Positions 14,709 through 24,020 of a stretch of 38,245 bases of DNA are shown in pieces (the first letter of the stretch is position 1; each line of letters opens with the position of its first letter). Source of the DNA: a virus; the IMG/VR virus record IMGVR_UViG_3300027828_000016. One strand, written 5' to 3'. Below the pieces are notes generated by a model. The model searched no databases and was not told where the DNA came from. It saw only the letters and a list, made by a program, of their open reading frames with translations. Made by a program: the position numbers and the translations under genes.

Positions 14709-14718
14709 GAGAGAGGCA

Positions 14719-14970
14719 ATGGTTACCGTGAAAGTCATTGAGTACACCGCCGAAAACGATCTGGTTTGCCAGTTCCCAACAGGGACGATGCATCGAGTTG
14801 ATCCTTTCGTTGGTGAGGTGATCCATCAAACCGAAGAGAACGCCTGCGAAGTTGGTGAAAGTCTTGTTGGAAAAACGTTTGAGATGGACACCGATTGCTT
14901 TTCCCATGGTGCATATCTCCCAGACGTGTTCCGTGAAATATCAACCTACGAACGAAACGCCCATGAGTAG
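14719..14970 (+). CDS. Hypothetical protein (83 aa), last gene of the plus-strand block
   Basis: ATG 14719 preceded by AGGAGAGAGG. Confidence 0.6.
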   Translation: MVTVKVIEYTAENDLVCQFPTGTMHRVDPFVGEVIHQTEENACEVGESLVGKTFEMDTDCFSHGAYLPDVFREISTYERNAHE

Positions 14971-15211
14971 CAAATTTATCCCCTCCCCATCGGGTTCCCC
15001 GGTGCCTTGTCAAAATATGGGCAAGCATCGGGAACCCGGCCTCGCGTGAGTTGTCGCCGGGACAATCCCGACAGAAAAAACATAAGCGAAACGAAAACTG
15101 AAGTATAGCCCTGAACCGCCGCGCCCTGGCTTTAAACTCCCCCCGGATTGGGCCGGGGTGCGGCAATAAACCAAATAGGACTGATAATGCTACCGATCAA
15201 AGGACCATTTT

Positions 15212-15577
15212 TCACCCGCCAGAAAGCCGCGTCATATTGCGGCGTTTCTGCTCGTGAATTTGATCGGTGGCGCCTGCGGCGTGTTTGAGGGTGACCGCTC
15301 TTAATGCATTCTCACAGCGCAAAATAACAAGCCGCCCGTCTGGGTGGTTGGTCACTTCAAGTGTGTTAAGCGTGTCGGCAGGGGTGTCGCTTTCCGTGTC
15401 AACAGAATGGAACGCACCCGTCGGCGTAATCACGCCAGAACTGATGGTCAACTCAGTTATTGGCGCACCGCCGACAGACTCAGTCAGGACAGCGAGAATC
15501 GGGCTAAAAAGCCCACTTTTCAGCGCGCCTTCGTTTCGGGGCGAGTCAAGATAAGATTGAAATGGTATGCTTGTCAT
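15212..15577 (-). CDS. Short paralogue of the tail-fibre N-terminal module (121 aa)
   Basis: GGAPITELTISSGVITPTGAFHSVDTESDTPADTLNTLEVTNHPDGRLVILR aligns by eye with aa 57-110 of the 502-aa fibre protein. Confidence 0.65.
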   Translation of the reverse strand: MTSIPFQSYLDSPRNEGALKSGLFSPILAVLTESVGGAPITELTISSGVITPTGAFHSVDTESDTPADTLNTLEVTNHPDGRLVILRCENALRAVTLKHAAGATDQIHEQKRRNMTRLSGG

Positions 15578-15579
15578 GG

Positions 15580-15768
15580 CTATTTACCGGTCTGTTCGGT
15601 TGCTTCTGGGTCAACATATTCTTCGACCGGTGTGCCGGCTTGAATGGCCTCTTCAATTTCAGCAAACCAACGGTGTTCCTTGCTGGCTGACCGGAACTCT
15701 CCTGTCTCAGACACAATAGCTGATAAATCTGTTTTATCTTCGTTTTGCCATTTAATTTCAGTATACAT
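15580..15768 (-). CDS. Hypothetical acidic protein (62 aa)
   Basis: ATG 15768 preceded by a G8 run; operon packing. Confidence 0.55.
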   Translation of the reverse strand: MYTEIKWQNEDKTDLSAIVSETGEFRSASKEHRWFAEIEEAIQAGTPVEEYVDPEATEQTGK

Positions 15769-15779
15769 ATCCCCCCCCT

Positions 15780-17288
15780 TTAGAGGTTACGATCAAATCT
15801 AATATATCCTGACGTGTTATTAAAAATCAGCCAAAGAGACTCCCCTGGAGTTAGTCCAGATGCTACTTGAGCTTGAACAACTCCCATCCCGTTGGTTGCA
15901 TCCAACAAAGACAAAGAGGTTGGCGTAATGGCTGTTCCATTCGGCTTATAAATTGATATGTCAGAAAGATTACTAACAGACATCGCCGTATCAATTCTGT
16001 TCATTGCCCTTGGCAAAACAACCGGAATTTCTGCCGCAGTAGAGACTAAAGCTCTTCCGAGGTGGAGCCCAAGACGATTTGAATAAGCCGATGGCCCAAT
16101 TTGCCAGAACCAATTAGTAGCCTTTTCTGTCTCTGACACCTTGTCAGGCTTGACTGTTGCAGTTACAACAGTCCCTTCCGCAAGTTTCGGCAATGCAAGA
16201 GCGCCTATCCCCCATTCAACTGAGGCATTTGTGCCACCCGTCAAAGTTCCAGTTATTCCGCTGTCACCATATGTGCCAGAATCGATCCTAGCCTGCGCTG
16301 TCCCTGTCCATGACAGGATATGTGTGCCGGACTTGAATTTATCACCGGGAACGATCTGCAAAAGTGTTCCTGCTGTGATTGTGATAGTGTTGATCCCTTC
16401 CGACTTGGCGAAAGTATACGTACATCCAGACGCCCCTGCCTTAAACCTGTCATGGCCGTATTCCCCTGAAGATAGTGATACGGTGCCTGATACCGCCTGT
16501 TGATTTATGCCAAAATTAGCATTGTCTATTAGGTTCGCGCTAGTTGCAATTCCTTCTGGGGACCCCTCTATTGTCCCGACATAAAGGCTTTTCCAACCTT
16601 TTAATGCTGACCCCAAATCAGCCCCGTCATCAGAAATTGGAGTTGCGTTACTGTCAAAAGTATAGTCACCAGTACCAGTTGTTTCAAAATTAACGTCGAC
16701 TCCATTGAATGTTTTTCTATGGTATGTCCCAGATGTTAACTCCGACAAGCGGTTATAGGCGAATCCAGCCCCTACGGTGTTGACAGAGTCATTAAAGACT
16801 GGCTCCTGTTTGTTCTGTAAGTCGTCTCCAATGCCAACCCAAGAGCCCGAAACGAGTTGTAGGTGAACAGCGTTGACAAGGAGTTTCAAGCTTGTGTCTG
16901 GGTCTACTGAAACAGCCAAGTTCCCAGCGAGTGACAAATAGACGTCTCGGAACTTAGACGCCGGACGCAAAATAATAATAGACCCGTCTTGATAATTTGT
17001 CGTGACGATAGTATCGAGGGTATCGCTTGACGCCGCCCCCTCAGTATCAACAACTTGGGCGGAACTTCCAAGCGGCGTAATCGATCCGCTGGAAATGGTA
17101 ATATTCTGTGGCGCCCCACCGCCCGGGACACCATGAGCATTGGGATTTTCAGTTGTTACTAGGTCTGCATTTACGTCTTCTATCAAGTCATCAATGGCGT
17201 CGCTGTTCTTAAATGCAGCTTCTTTTACAGTGTCGCCACCGGGGACAGAAGGGTCAAGTACTGTCGCTGTATTTCTTTCTATTGTCAT
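15780..17288 (-). CDS. Tail fibre / receptor-binding protein candidate
   Basis: Last large gene of the structural operon. Gly/Ser/Thr-rich beta-type sequence. GGAAGG upstream of ATG 17288. Confidence 0.6.
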   Translation of the reverse strand: MTIERNTATVLDPSVPGGDTVKEAAFKNSDAIDDLIEDVNADLVTTENPNAHGVPGGGAPQNITISSGSITPLGSSAQVVDTEGAASSDTLDTIVTTNYQDGSIIILRPASKFRDVYLSLAGNLAVSVDPDTSLKLLVNAVHLQLVSGSWVGIGDDLQNKQEPVFNDSVNTVGAGFAYNRLSELTSGTYHRKTFNGVDVNFETTGTGDYTFDSNATPISDDGADLGSALKGWKSLYVGTIEGSPEGIATSANLIDNANFGINQQAVSGTVSLSSGEYGHDRFKAGASGCTYTFAKSEGINTITITAGTLLQIVPGDKFKSGTHILSWTGTAQARIDSGTYGDSGITGTLTGGTNASVEWGIGALALPKLAEGTVVTATVKPDKVSETEKATNWFWQIGPSAYSNRLGLHLGRALVSTAAEIPVVLPRAMNRIDTAMSVSNLSDISIYKPNGTAITPTSLSLLDATNGMGVVQAQVASGLTPGESLWLIFNNTSGYIRFDRNL

Positions 17289-17291
17289 TGT

Positions 17292-18650
17292 CTACCTTCC
17301 GTACTCTTCACTTCTTTCTATGTTTGTAAGCAACGCACGAGTTGCAGCACCACCCGTTCCGATATTTGGCACTTTTCTCGCCCTCGCCAACGCTATGGCG
17401 AGTCTTGATTTCACCTGAGGGTGGCCCAATATTGACTTCCCAATCAGGGCAGAGGCCCCGGCGAAAGGACCACCAGCAATGCCAGCCCCGCCCATGAGGG
17501 CCGCCGTGTCGAGGCCTAAAAGGTTCCGATTCTCTATGCGGCCAACGGAATCTTCTATAGCCCTTTTTAAATTGATTAATTCTGCTTGGCCTTCATTGAG
17601 CTTCTTCAACTCAGGATGTAAATTTTCAAGCTCTTCTTTCAAGCCACGAACAATTGCTTTGTTTGCTTCAACTTGTGAAGACTTCAGTTCTCCATACTGC
17701 TTGTGCAGGGCCTTGCCTGTGGTTTGCTTTATTGCCTGAGCCCTTGATGGTGTAATCTGTTCAGGGACTGACTCTATGAACTCAGAAACTACACCGGCAG
17801 CTTGTCTTGTCGGCCTGATTGGAGCGACCTGTTTTCCGGCCTCTTCCATGACGGGGATAGCTCTTTCAACGACTGACTTTCTAGAAATCCTTTCCCCTGC
17901 GGTTGTTGCATCTTCAACAACTTGTCTGGCCTGTTGTGCAAGTGGCTCAATACGCTCCCCGAGGAGTCCGGCACCTCTTGCCGTCGGCAACGCCTTTTCT
18001 CTGGCTGCCGTTTGCATCATTTGAGCACGTTGCTCTGGCGAAAACTGTTTCCCCGGCTTAATAACTCCCATATACATGCGTTCAGGAAGAGAGGTGCCAC
18101 CGATTGCCCTAAGCGGGGCTGTAACGGTCTGTCTAGCTATATTCAACGGATCCGCAATCTCTCCGGCTCTCTGTATTGCTTGGCCGACCCTAGCAACCTT
18201 TGGCGTCATCCCAATCCCCTTTGTAAGGGCGCCGGCACCAGATACCAAACCAGAGGCATCCGCAAGGAAACCAACCGGATCTTCTACCATGGTCTTTTTC
18301 ATCGCCTGAGGTGACCCGTAACGGTCTTTCATAACGTTGGCGAACCCCATAAACGCCGCTCTGTCCTCTTGCGTCCTTGGGATCATCGATAGCCCCCCAG
18401 GCAGAGGAACGCCGCTTCCCTTGACCATGTGGTATAGGCTCGACAAGGTTTCAAGCGGATTTGCCACGGCGGCACCAAGATTTTTCACATAGTCGATGGC
18501 GCTACCAGCTATGTTGCTTTTTACGTCTGCCCACTCTGGCTGCACATCCTCTTTTTGAACGCTCGTCACGCCACCCGCTTTGACAGCATGCTTTTCCCAA
18601 GGCATTTCTACGACGTCAGGTGTCTTATATTTTTCCCAAGGCTTCGACAT
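17292..18650 (-). CDS. Virion structural protein (internal virion/ejection or tail-associated), 452 aa
   Basis: Position in the tail/internal-protein run; Ala/Gly-rich helical sequence; TAATG coupling. Confidence 0.5.
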   Translation of the reverse strand: MSKPWEKYKTPDVVEMPWEKHAVKAGGVTSVQKEDVQPEWADVKSNIAGSAIDYVKNLGAAVANPLETLSSLYHMVKGSGVPLPGGLSMIPRTQEDRAAFMGFANVMKDRYGSPQAMKKTMVEDPVGFLADASGLVSGAGALTKGIGMTPKVARVGQAIQRAGEIADPLNIARQTVTAPLRAIGGTSLPERMYMGVIKPGKQFSPEQRAQMMQTAAREKALPTARGAGLLGERIEPLAQQARQVVEDATTAGERISRKSVVERAIPVMEEAGKQVAPIRPTRQAAGVVSEFIESVPEQITPSRAQAIKQTTGKALHKQYGELKSSQVEANKAIVRGLKEELENLHPELKKLNEGQAELINLKRAIEDSVGRIENRNLLGLDTAALMGGAGIAGGPFAGASALIGKSILGHPQVKSRLAIALARARKVPNIGTGGAATRALLTNIERSEEYGR

Positions 18651-19633
18651 TATTTAGGCTCCCAAGATTCTTCTTTAGAAGGATCACCACCAATATACTT
18701 ATATCCGTCTTCCTCTGTTCCAATTGGCATCGTTGCCCATGGCTTACCTGTTTTTTGGTCCCAATTACCCGGGCCGTGAATGGTGTCAAGATACAGGTTT
18801 TTTACCCTGTTCAAATTGTATTTAAACATTTCAGGAGACAAGGATTGATCAAGAGAGCCAAGGGCTGATTGCAAGAGAACGTTCTCTCTCTCAGAGACCT
18901 GTCCGAGCGCCCCTCCAGTCGGGGAAGAATCTCTCATTTGCTGTAGAGTGTCGAAGCCAACGCTTGCTTTCAGAGTCTCAAGCGTCCTTGCAATATTTGC
19001 AGCATCTGTTTGTGGGACAAAACTTAACATAGAGCCAAGCCCAACCGGTGGGACGTTAGCCTTATCCATGATACCAAAGATTCTATCAATATCCTCAACA
19101 ACAATGCCTTTTTTTACTTCTGCCTGTTTCTTCCCGGCCGCTGTTTTTTCTTGTGCCGCTTCAATTTTAGCAGCCTGAGGCCCCCCAGGAATAGGCTGTA
19201 GGCCCGTCATTTGCCCTTGTGGCCCAAATGTTGGCTGGAAGCCTGAGGGAATAGACATTTGATATTGACTAGAAACAGGGCGCTTGCTTTTAACAAACCC
19301 TATATATTCCTGAGGAGTTGGCTTGCGTCCATAAACATCAACAAATTCTTTCACACCTGCTGCCATTTTAGGCTGTTTATATTGACTTGTTATTTCTTGC
19401 TGTTTCGCAAACAAATCAAGCGCTGCCTGCTGTTTTTGTGCAGGAGTTTGAAAGGCCTGTTCTTGCATCGCCATTTGACGCTTTGTTATGTCGTCAAGCA
19501 TGGCCTGCCGTGCCGCTGTCCGCTGACTCTCTTCTTTCCTCATAGCCAATTCTTCCATTGGGAAGTATGCGCCCTTAAAACCCTGCGCGAGCGCACCGGC
19601 ACCGACTCCGCCATAATCGCCAAGCAATCCCAT
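18650..19633 (-). CDS. Virion structural protein candidate (327 aa)
   Basis: AAGGGGGA upstream of ATG 19633; Gln/Ala-rich N-terminal half. Confidence 0.5.
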   Translation of the reverse strand: MGLLGDYGGVGAGALAQGFKGAYFPMEELAMRKEESQRTAARQAMLDDITKRQMAMQEQAFQTPAQKQQAALDLFAKQQEITSQYKQPKMAAGVKEFVDVYGRKPTPQEYIGFVKSKRPVSSQYQMSIPSGFQPTFGPQGQMTGLQPIPGGPQAAKIEAAQEKTAAGKKQAEVKKGIVVEDIDRIFGIMDKANVPPVGLGSMLSFVPQTDAANIARTLETLKASVGFDTLQQMRDSSPTGGALGQVSERENVLLQSALGSLDQSLSPEMFKYNLNRVKNLYLDTIHGPGNWDQKTGKPWATMPIGTEEDGYKYIGGDPSKEESWEPK

Positions 19634-19642
19634 AATTCCCCC

Positions 19643-20593
19643 TTACACGAACAGGTCGCCAATGTCGCTAAAAGTCCAACCACCATTGCCGTATGTACTG
19701 CCTAGAACGCCAAGTCCAGTGCCGGCCAGTCCCATCCAACCAGCCACATTCGCGGCCTCTGCTTGCGTTTTAGCTGCTTGTGCGGCCGTTTGTGCCGCAG
19801 TAGCAGATGTAGCCGCTGGCATTGCCCCAGTAGCCAACCCGAGATATTGCTGATAAGGCTCAAGGCGAGCTTGTTCCTGTATGGCCCTCTGCTGAAGGTC
19901 GTAGGCCTCGCGACGTGCGGCTTCCTGGTTAGCCCAGTCTGCCTGTTGCTGCTCTTGTCCGTATTCCCACCCGAACTGCTGCTCACCATATTGCTGTCTG
20001 CGCTGCGCTTCTGCAAGATCAGCGGAGTATCTTGCCTTCTCCTGCTCCTGTTGCATTTCGATTGCGGTTGTGTCGGCACCAAGCAACCCGCGCCCATAAG
20101 CTTCACCGGCTCTTGTCAGCGTGTCGCCGTGCATGCCATATCCAACGCTTCCCATCAAACCAGTCCCGCCCATTTGGGCCTGGATGTCTCTAAGGCTCTG
20201 TTCATAGGCTTGTGTGACGGGCTGTCTTAATTGTTCGCTGTATTCTCCCCAACTTGTGGCCCTCGGGACTTGAGCAAATGGTTGTCCCGTTGTCGGGTCT
20301 GTCCCTGGGAGTGGACCACCGGCCGGTCTAGGCTGTCCTGTTGTCGGATATGTTCCCAACAATGGACCGCCAGCCTGTGGTTGTGTGGCCGCAGTCTGGA
20401 ATGACGTCTGATAAGGAGACACACCTTGATATTGGACGTCATAACCCATTTGTACTGGGCCTGTTCTTTCTGTGTATGCCGGTAGCGGAGTTATAGGCGT
20501 GGCTCCTTCTACCTGCTCATATGCTTTTTCAAGAGCCGAACCAACGACCTGCTTACCAACCGTTCCGTATGGAGTTGTTGTATAATCTGCCAT
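19643..20593 (-). CDS. Gln/Gly-rich virion protein candidate (316 aa)
   Basis: ATG 20593 preceded by AGGGG. The track start 20614 is a TTG overlapping the upstream gene. Confidence 0.5.
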   Translation of the reverse strand: MADYTTTPYGTVGKQVVGSALEKAYEQVEGATPITPLPAYTERTGPVQMGYDVQYQGVSPYQTSFQTAATQPQAGGPLLGTYPTTGQPRPAGGPLPGTDPTTGQPFAQVPRATSWGEYSEQLRQPVTQAYEQSLRDIQAQMGGTGLMGSVGYGMHGDTLTRAGEAYGRGLLGADTTAIEMQQEQEKARYSADLAEAQRRQQYGEQQFGWEYGQEQQQADWANQEAARREAYDLQQRAIQEQARLEPYQQYLGLATGAMPAATSATAAQTAAQAAKTQAEAANVAGWMGLAGTGLGVLGSTYGNGGWTFSDIGDLFV

Positions 20594-20601
20594 TTTTACC
20601 C

Positions 20602-21813
20602 CTAAAATCCCCAAGAGAATGGGATGTCATTTTCAAATCTTTGTGTAAATAGACGCCCAAACGGTGGGTATCCAAGCATGCCGGCCTGCTGTTGTGCTGC
20701 ATTTATGTCGTCTCGTGTTATAGACTCCACTCGCTTTTCCGGCTCACTTCCAAATATATCGCGAAATCCTGCGCTCGGTGCCCGATCCCATCCCGGGACA
20801 CCGCCATAGTCAAGGTCTGCGGCCCTGCCAATCATCCCGGATACCATCCCGATTGGTGTGCCAAGACCCGGAGCCGCAAGGTTGATAGCCATGGCCGGGG
20901 CCATACTCAACGCTTTTTCTGTCAACCTTTCTCCAAACCCTGCCAACTTCCCTTCGCCGTAATCGACATCAACGTCTATTCCAAAATCAGAGGGCTGATA
21001 ATGTGACGCCACCCCAGAAAGAGCCGCTTTTGTCAGACCTCCGGCAACCACAGCCGGGCCAAGCCTGCTTATGTCTTCATCCATTACGGCTTCTGCCACC
21101 TTGGCCGGGGCTATTTTAGATGCGAAATAAGCACCCATTCCAGCTGGAACTGCTACCCCAGTTGTCAGGGCGTCCCACAGGCTGCCAATGACTGGTTTTT
21201 CAAGCATCCCTGTATCAGGGTTTACGACGGCCAGGCCGCTAGATGTCAGTTCGTCGGCAACTTCAGACATTGTCTGAACATCATCACCGGCCTTTCCATA
21301 ACCGAACATTCCACCAAGGATACCGCCTGCATGGTGATACTTTTCCATCGGTTCAGTGTTTATGTTGTATGACCGGAGCTTGTCTAGACGTCCGGCCTTG
21401 GCATAGTCCATGATTTTGTCTTTTGTCGGGGCGTCATATGGAGATTTTTCTATTTCAGCAGCAACAACCTGTTCACCGGCTATGCGACCTAGGGCCTCCA
21501 TCTGGTTGGACCGTTGTCTTTTTTCATAGTCAAGCTGTTTGTAATATGCTTCAACGTCACCGGCTGAGCTGCCCATCATCATTTCTCCAAGACCAGAGCC
21601 TAAAATGCCGCGCCTCTGTGACGGCGTGAATCTGGAGACCCTTGGATCTGATAACGCACTACTCCCACGGGTTGTGCCGAATCCCCTGCCAAGGCTAGAT
21701 TGTATCCCCATGCTTGATGGATCATACCCACTACGGCCCCATGAACCGGCAAGACCATAGCCGCCACCGGGGCCGCCTCCGGTTCCTCCTGTTGTACTGC
21801 TTAGACTTGCCAT
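20602..21813 (-). CDS. Gly-rich virion protein candidate (403 aa)
   Basis: TAAATG junction with the upstream gene; Gly-rich N-terminus. Confidence 0.5.
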   Translation of the reverse strand: MASLSSTTGGTGGGPGGGYGLAGSWGRSGYDPSSMGIQSSLGRGFGTTRGSSALSDPRVSRFTPSQRRGILGSGLGEMMMGSSAGDVEAYYKQLDYEKRQRSNQMEALGRIAGEQVVAAEIEKSPYDAPTKDKIMDYAKAGRLDKLRSYNINTEPMEKYHHAGGILGGMFGYGKAGDDVQTMSEVADELTSSGLAVVNPDTGMLEKPVIGSLWDALTTGVAVPAGMGAYFASKIAPAKVAEAVMDEDISRLGPAVVAGGLTKAALSGVASHYQPSDFGIDVDVDYGEGKLAGFGERLTEKALSMAPAMAINLAAPGLGTPIGMVSGMIGRAADLDYGGVPGWDRAPSAGFRDIFGSEPEKRVESITRDDINAAQQQAGMLGYPPFGRLFTQRFENDIPFSWGF

Positions 21814-23364
21814 TTACCCCCCCAACGGGCCTTCGATTTCAGTTTGGATGTAATCCATTTCATAACTTGCTCCGTCAGCAGACCATTCAATCTGGATGCC
21901 CTTTGACCTCGGTCCACCCCAAATAGATGAAGTCTGTAGTTTCGCCCCGTCATCGCCAAGAAGTTCGTCGGCCTCTCCTAACAATCCATCAGCCAACCCG
22001 AGCAGACTAATCCCGCCCTCAAGGGCTATATTCCCGAGTGGGACGTCAGAGCCGTCTGAAATTATTGCTTTTAACGCTATAACCCCGGAGACCTTTGGCG
22101 TTGTATATATTGTTGACCTTCTAAGCCTTATGTCATATCCGCGATTGACAATTCTTTTTGTCCTGCCGTAGCTTTGAATGTTTATCTCTGTTCCGCCGGG
22201 CACGACCTCATCAGATGCAACATTTTTACTTGCATCGAGCTTCCATGTTATCCCGTTGTTGCCAAATAGATAAATTACCTCGTCGACCGTCGTTATGGAG
22301 TCAATTATGACTTCCCCCAAACGCCAAAAACACCACGCATTGTTTCGCGGAAAATATAAGTATTGTTGAGCATGATTTTTTATAAGGACGATGAAGGCTG
22401 TAAGACTCGGCAAGTATGTGATTTCTTGCACTTTGGCGTCAAATAAAGAAAATTGTTTATTAATTCTATCGCCAAATATTGGGCTACTCTGCAAATCACC
22501 ATATTGGTCCGTCGGCTCAACGCGTTTGATTCCAGTCTCGTCAAAAAAGAACACGCTGTTTGATGTGTTCAAGATACCATGGGCGTTTTGTGCAGCCTCT
22601 TTATTCACAAACGGGTCAGAAACGCTCCAGTTTGCCGCTGTGTTGTCCGTAACGTCTATTAAGCGCAGTTGGTATTCACCTTGATCATTGTTTGCTTTAG
22701 AAACGACAACTGCGTTTCCGCCTGGAGCGATGGAAAGGGCGTTCACTGACAACCCATCGCCAAATCCAGCCTTCAAAATGATAGACCCACTTCCCTGATC
22801 AAAGTCTATTCCTGTGAACTCGGCCGTAGAAAAATAAACACTGTCTGCGAATGACGAGTTTGCAACGACTCTGTTTCTGGCCTCAAGTAGCGCCGTCGTT
22901 CCGCTGGGGCTGTTTGTTAGGACTCCATAAGTAGACCCATCCCAATACCTGATATCTGAGCCGCCATCTGCAATCAACAATTGGCTATTGAAAGTCAGCA
23001 TGCTAGGCTTGGTTGTAGAATCTGTTAGGGCACCAATAATAGTCCAGGTTGGCGTTGCCCCTTCAAAAATGGCTTTTGTCATCTGATACAGGTTTCCACC
23101 ACTTGCACAAACAACGTATTGAGTTGTCCCATTATAATAGCTTGTGGCCTTCAAGATTGGGTCGTTGAGGCTGTTCGCGACAGATGTAACAGCGGACATT
23201 GGCGGCCTTACTGTCCACAGCCTCGATTGGCGCGGATAATACCCGTTCATTGACCTTGAAAGCTCTTGGTCTGTCAAATTAATTGGCGAATCACCGATGT
23301 TCACACCAGCGACAGGGGCAAAGTCACTTATTGACACCTCGCCTTTTCTTCTTGCTCTACTCAT
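21814..23364 (-). CDS. Tail tubular/nozzle-type protein candidate (516 aa)
   Basis: Immediately downstream of the adaptor gene; beta-rich sequence; 1-nt overlap coupling. Confidence 0.45.
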   Translation of the reverse strand: MSRARRKGEVSISDFAPVAGVNIGDSPINLTDQELSRSMNGYYPRQSRLWTVRPPMSAVTSVANSLNDPILKATSYYNGTTQYVVCASGGNLYQMTKAIFEGATPTWTIIGALTDSTTKPSMLTFNSQLLIADGGSDIRYWDGSTYGVLTNSPSGTTALLEARNRVVANSSFADSVYFSTAEFTGIDFDQGSGSIILKAGFGDGLSVNALSIAPGGNAVVVSKANNDQGEYQLRLIDVTDNTAANWSVSDPFVNKEAAQNAHGILNTSNSVFFFDETGIKRVEPTDQYGDLQSSPIFGDRINKQFSLFDAKVQEITYLPSLTAFIVLIKNHAQQYLYFPRNNAWCFWRLGEVIIDSITTVDEVIYLFGNNGITWKLDASKNVASDEVVPGGTEINIQSYGRTKRIVNRGYDIRLRRSTIYTTPKVSGVIALKAIISDGSDVPLGNIALEGGISLLGLADGLLGEADELLGDDGAKLQTSSIWGGPRSKGIQIEWSADGASYEMDYIQTEIEGPLGG

Positions 23365-24020
23365 TAGTAGCTATTCCATTGGTTTTCGCTAGGGAAAAAT
23401 CCTTGAGTTGTCGCTTGGGCCGGTTCGCTCGTCCCATATATATCGAGGTAATCGTCTGCAAGGTCAGAAAGTAAACGGATGTCCCATTGCAAATCTTTTT
23501 CATCAATGTTCTTACATCTAAGCGCAACGTATTCGGCTATAACCTCATCCATGCGTCCAGCCCATGGCATTATGCTATCAGTGGCCCATGCGCTTGTGTC
23601 AATTTGTGGCCAATAATAAAACCTGAGAGAGACAGCACTTTTGGGGATATCAAACAACTCAATATTTCCGTTCCAAACTCGCCAGTTTGTTGTTTCTGTG
23701 GCGCTAATCATGCGTTCCCATTCGTCATCATTACGAAAGATAACCGTTTGCGCCCATCCGGTCTTATCTTCCTTTCTGACACGGTAAAGGCTGTCAATTG
23801 CCATGTAATCAGATGGCAATGCGTATTGGTCTTGATCAGCCACTGTATCAAAATCATAACTCGATTTTGCGAATTTGATACCGCTTTTCATCAGGACCTT
23901 ATTCATGCGATCAACAGACTTTTTGATAAGCACCAAGAGCTTTGCGTCTGTCCATCGTGCGTCCTGTGCGTCTTCAAGCTCTACGCGGATTTTTTCTATT
24001 GTGTCGTCTACTGTGCTCAT
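23364..24020 (-). CDS. Head-tail adaptor / connector protein candidate (218 aa)
   Basis: Position after the capsid genes. N-terminal helical ...W(T/S)D..L... pattern is common in gp6-like adaptors. Confidence 0.5.
   Translation of the reverse strand: MSTVDDTIEKIRVELEDAQDARWTDAKLLVLIKKSVDRMNKVLMKSGIKFAKSSYDFDTVADQDQYALPSDYMAIDSLYRVRKEDKTGWAQTVIFRNDDEWERMISATETTNWRVWNGNIELFDIPKSAVSLRFYYWPQIDTSAWATDSIMPWAGRMDEVIAEYVALRCKNIDEKDLQWDIRLLSDLADDYLDIYGTSEPAQATTQGFFPSENQWNSY

Noticed and set aside
14735-15166. 143-aa minus-strand ORF, and 14852..15049 (+), in the convergent gap
   Set aside because: Arg/Gly-rich, GC-skew-type translation. They overlap the end of a supported plus-strand gene and the inverted repeats, and have no SD.
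15212-17288. Diversity-generating retroelement (template/variable repeat) or invertible fibre segment as the explanation for the duplicated fibre module
   Set aside because: There is no reverse transcriptase or invertase gene in the genome. The two copies are diverged at the protein level (about half identical) rather than differing only at adenines. No flanking inverted repeats were seen.
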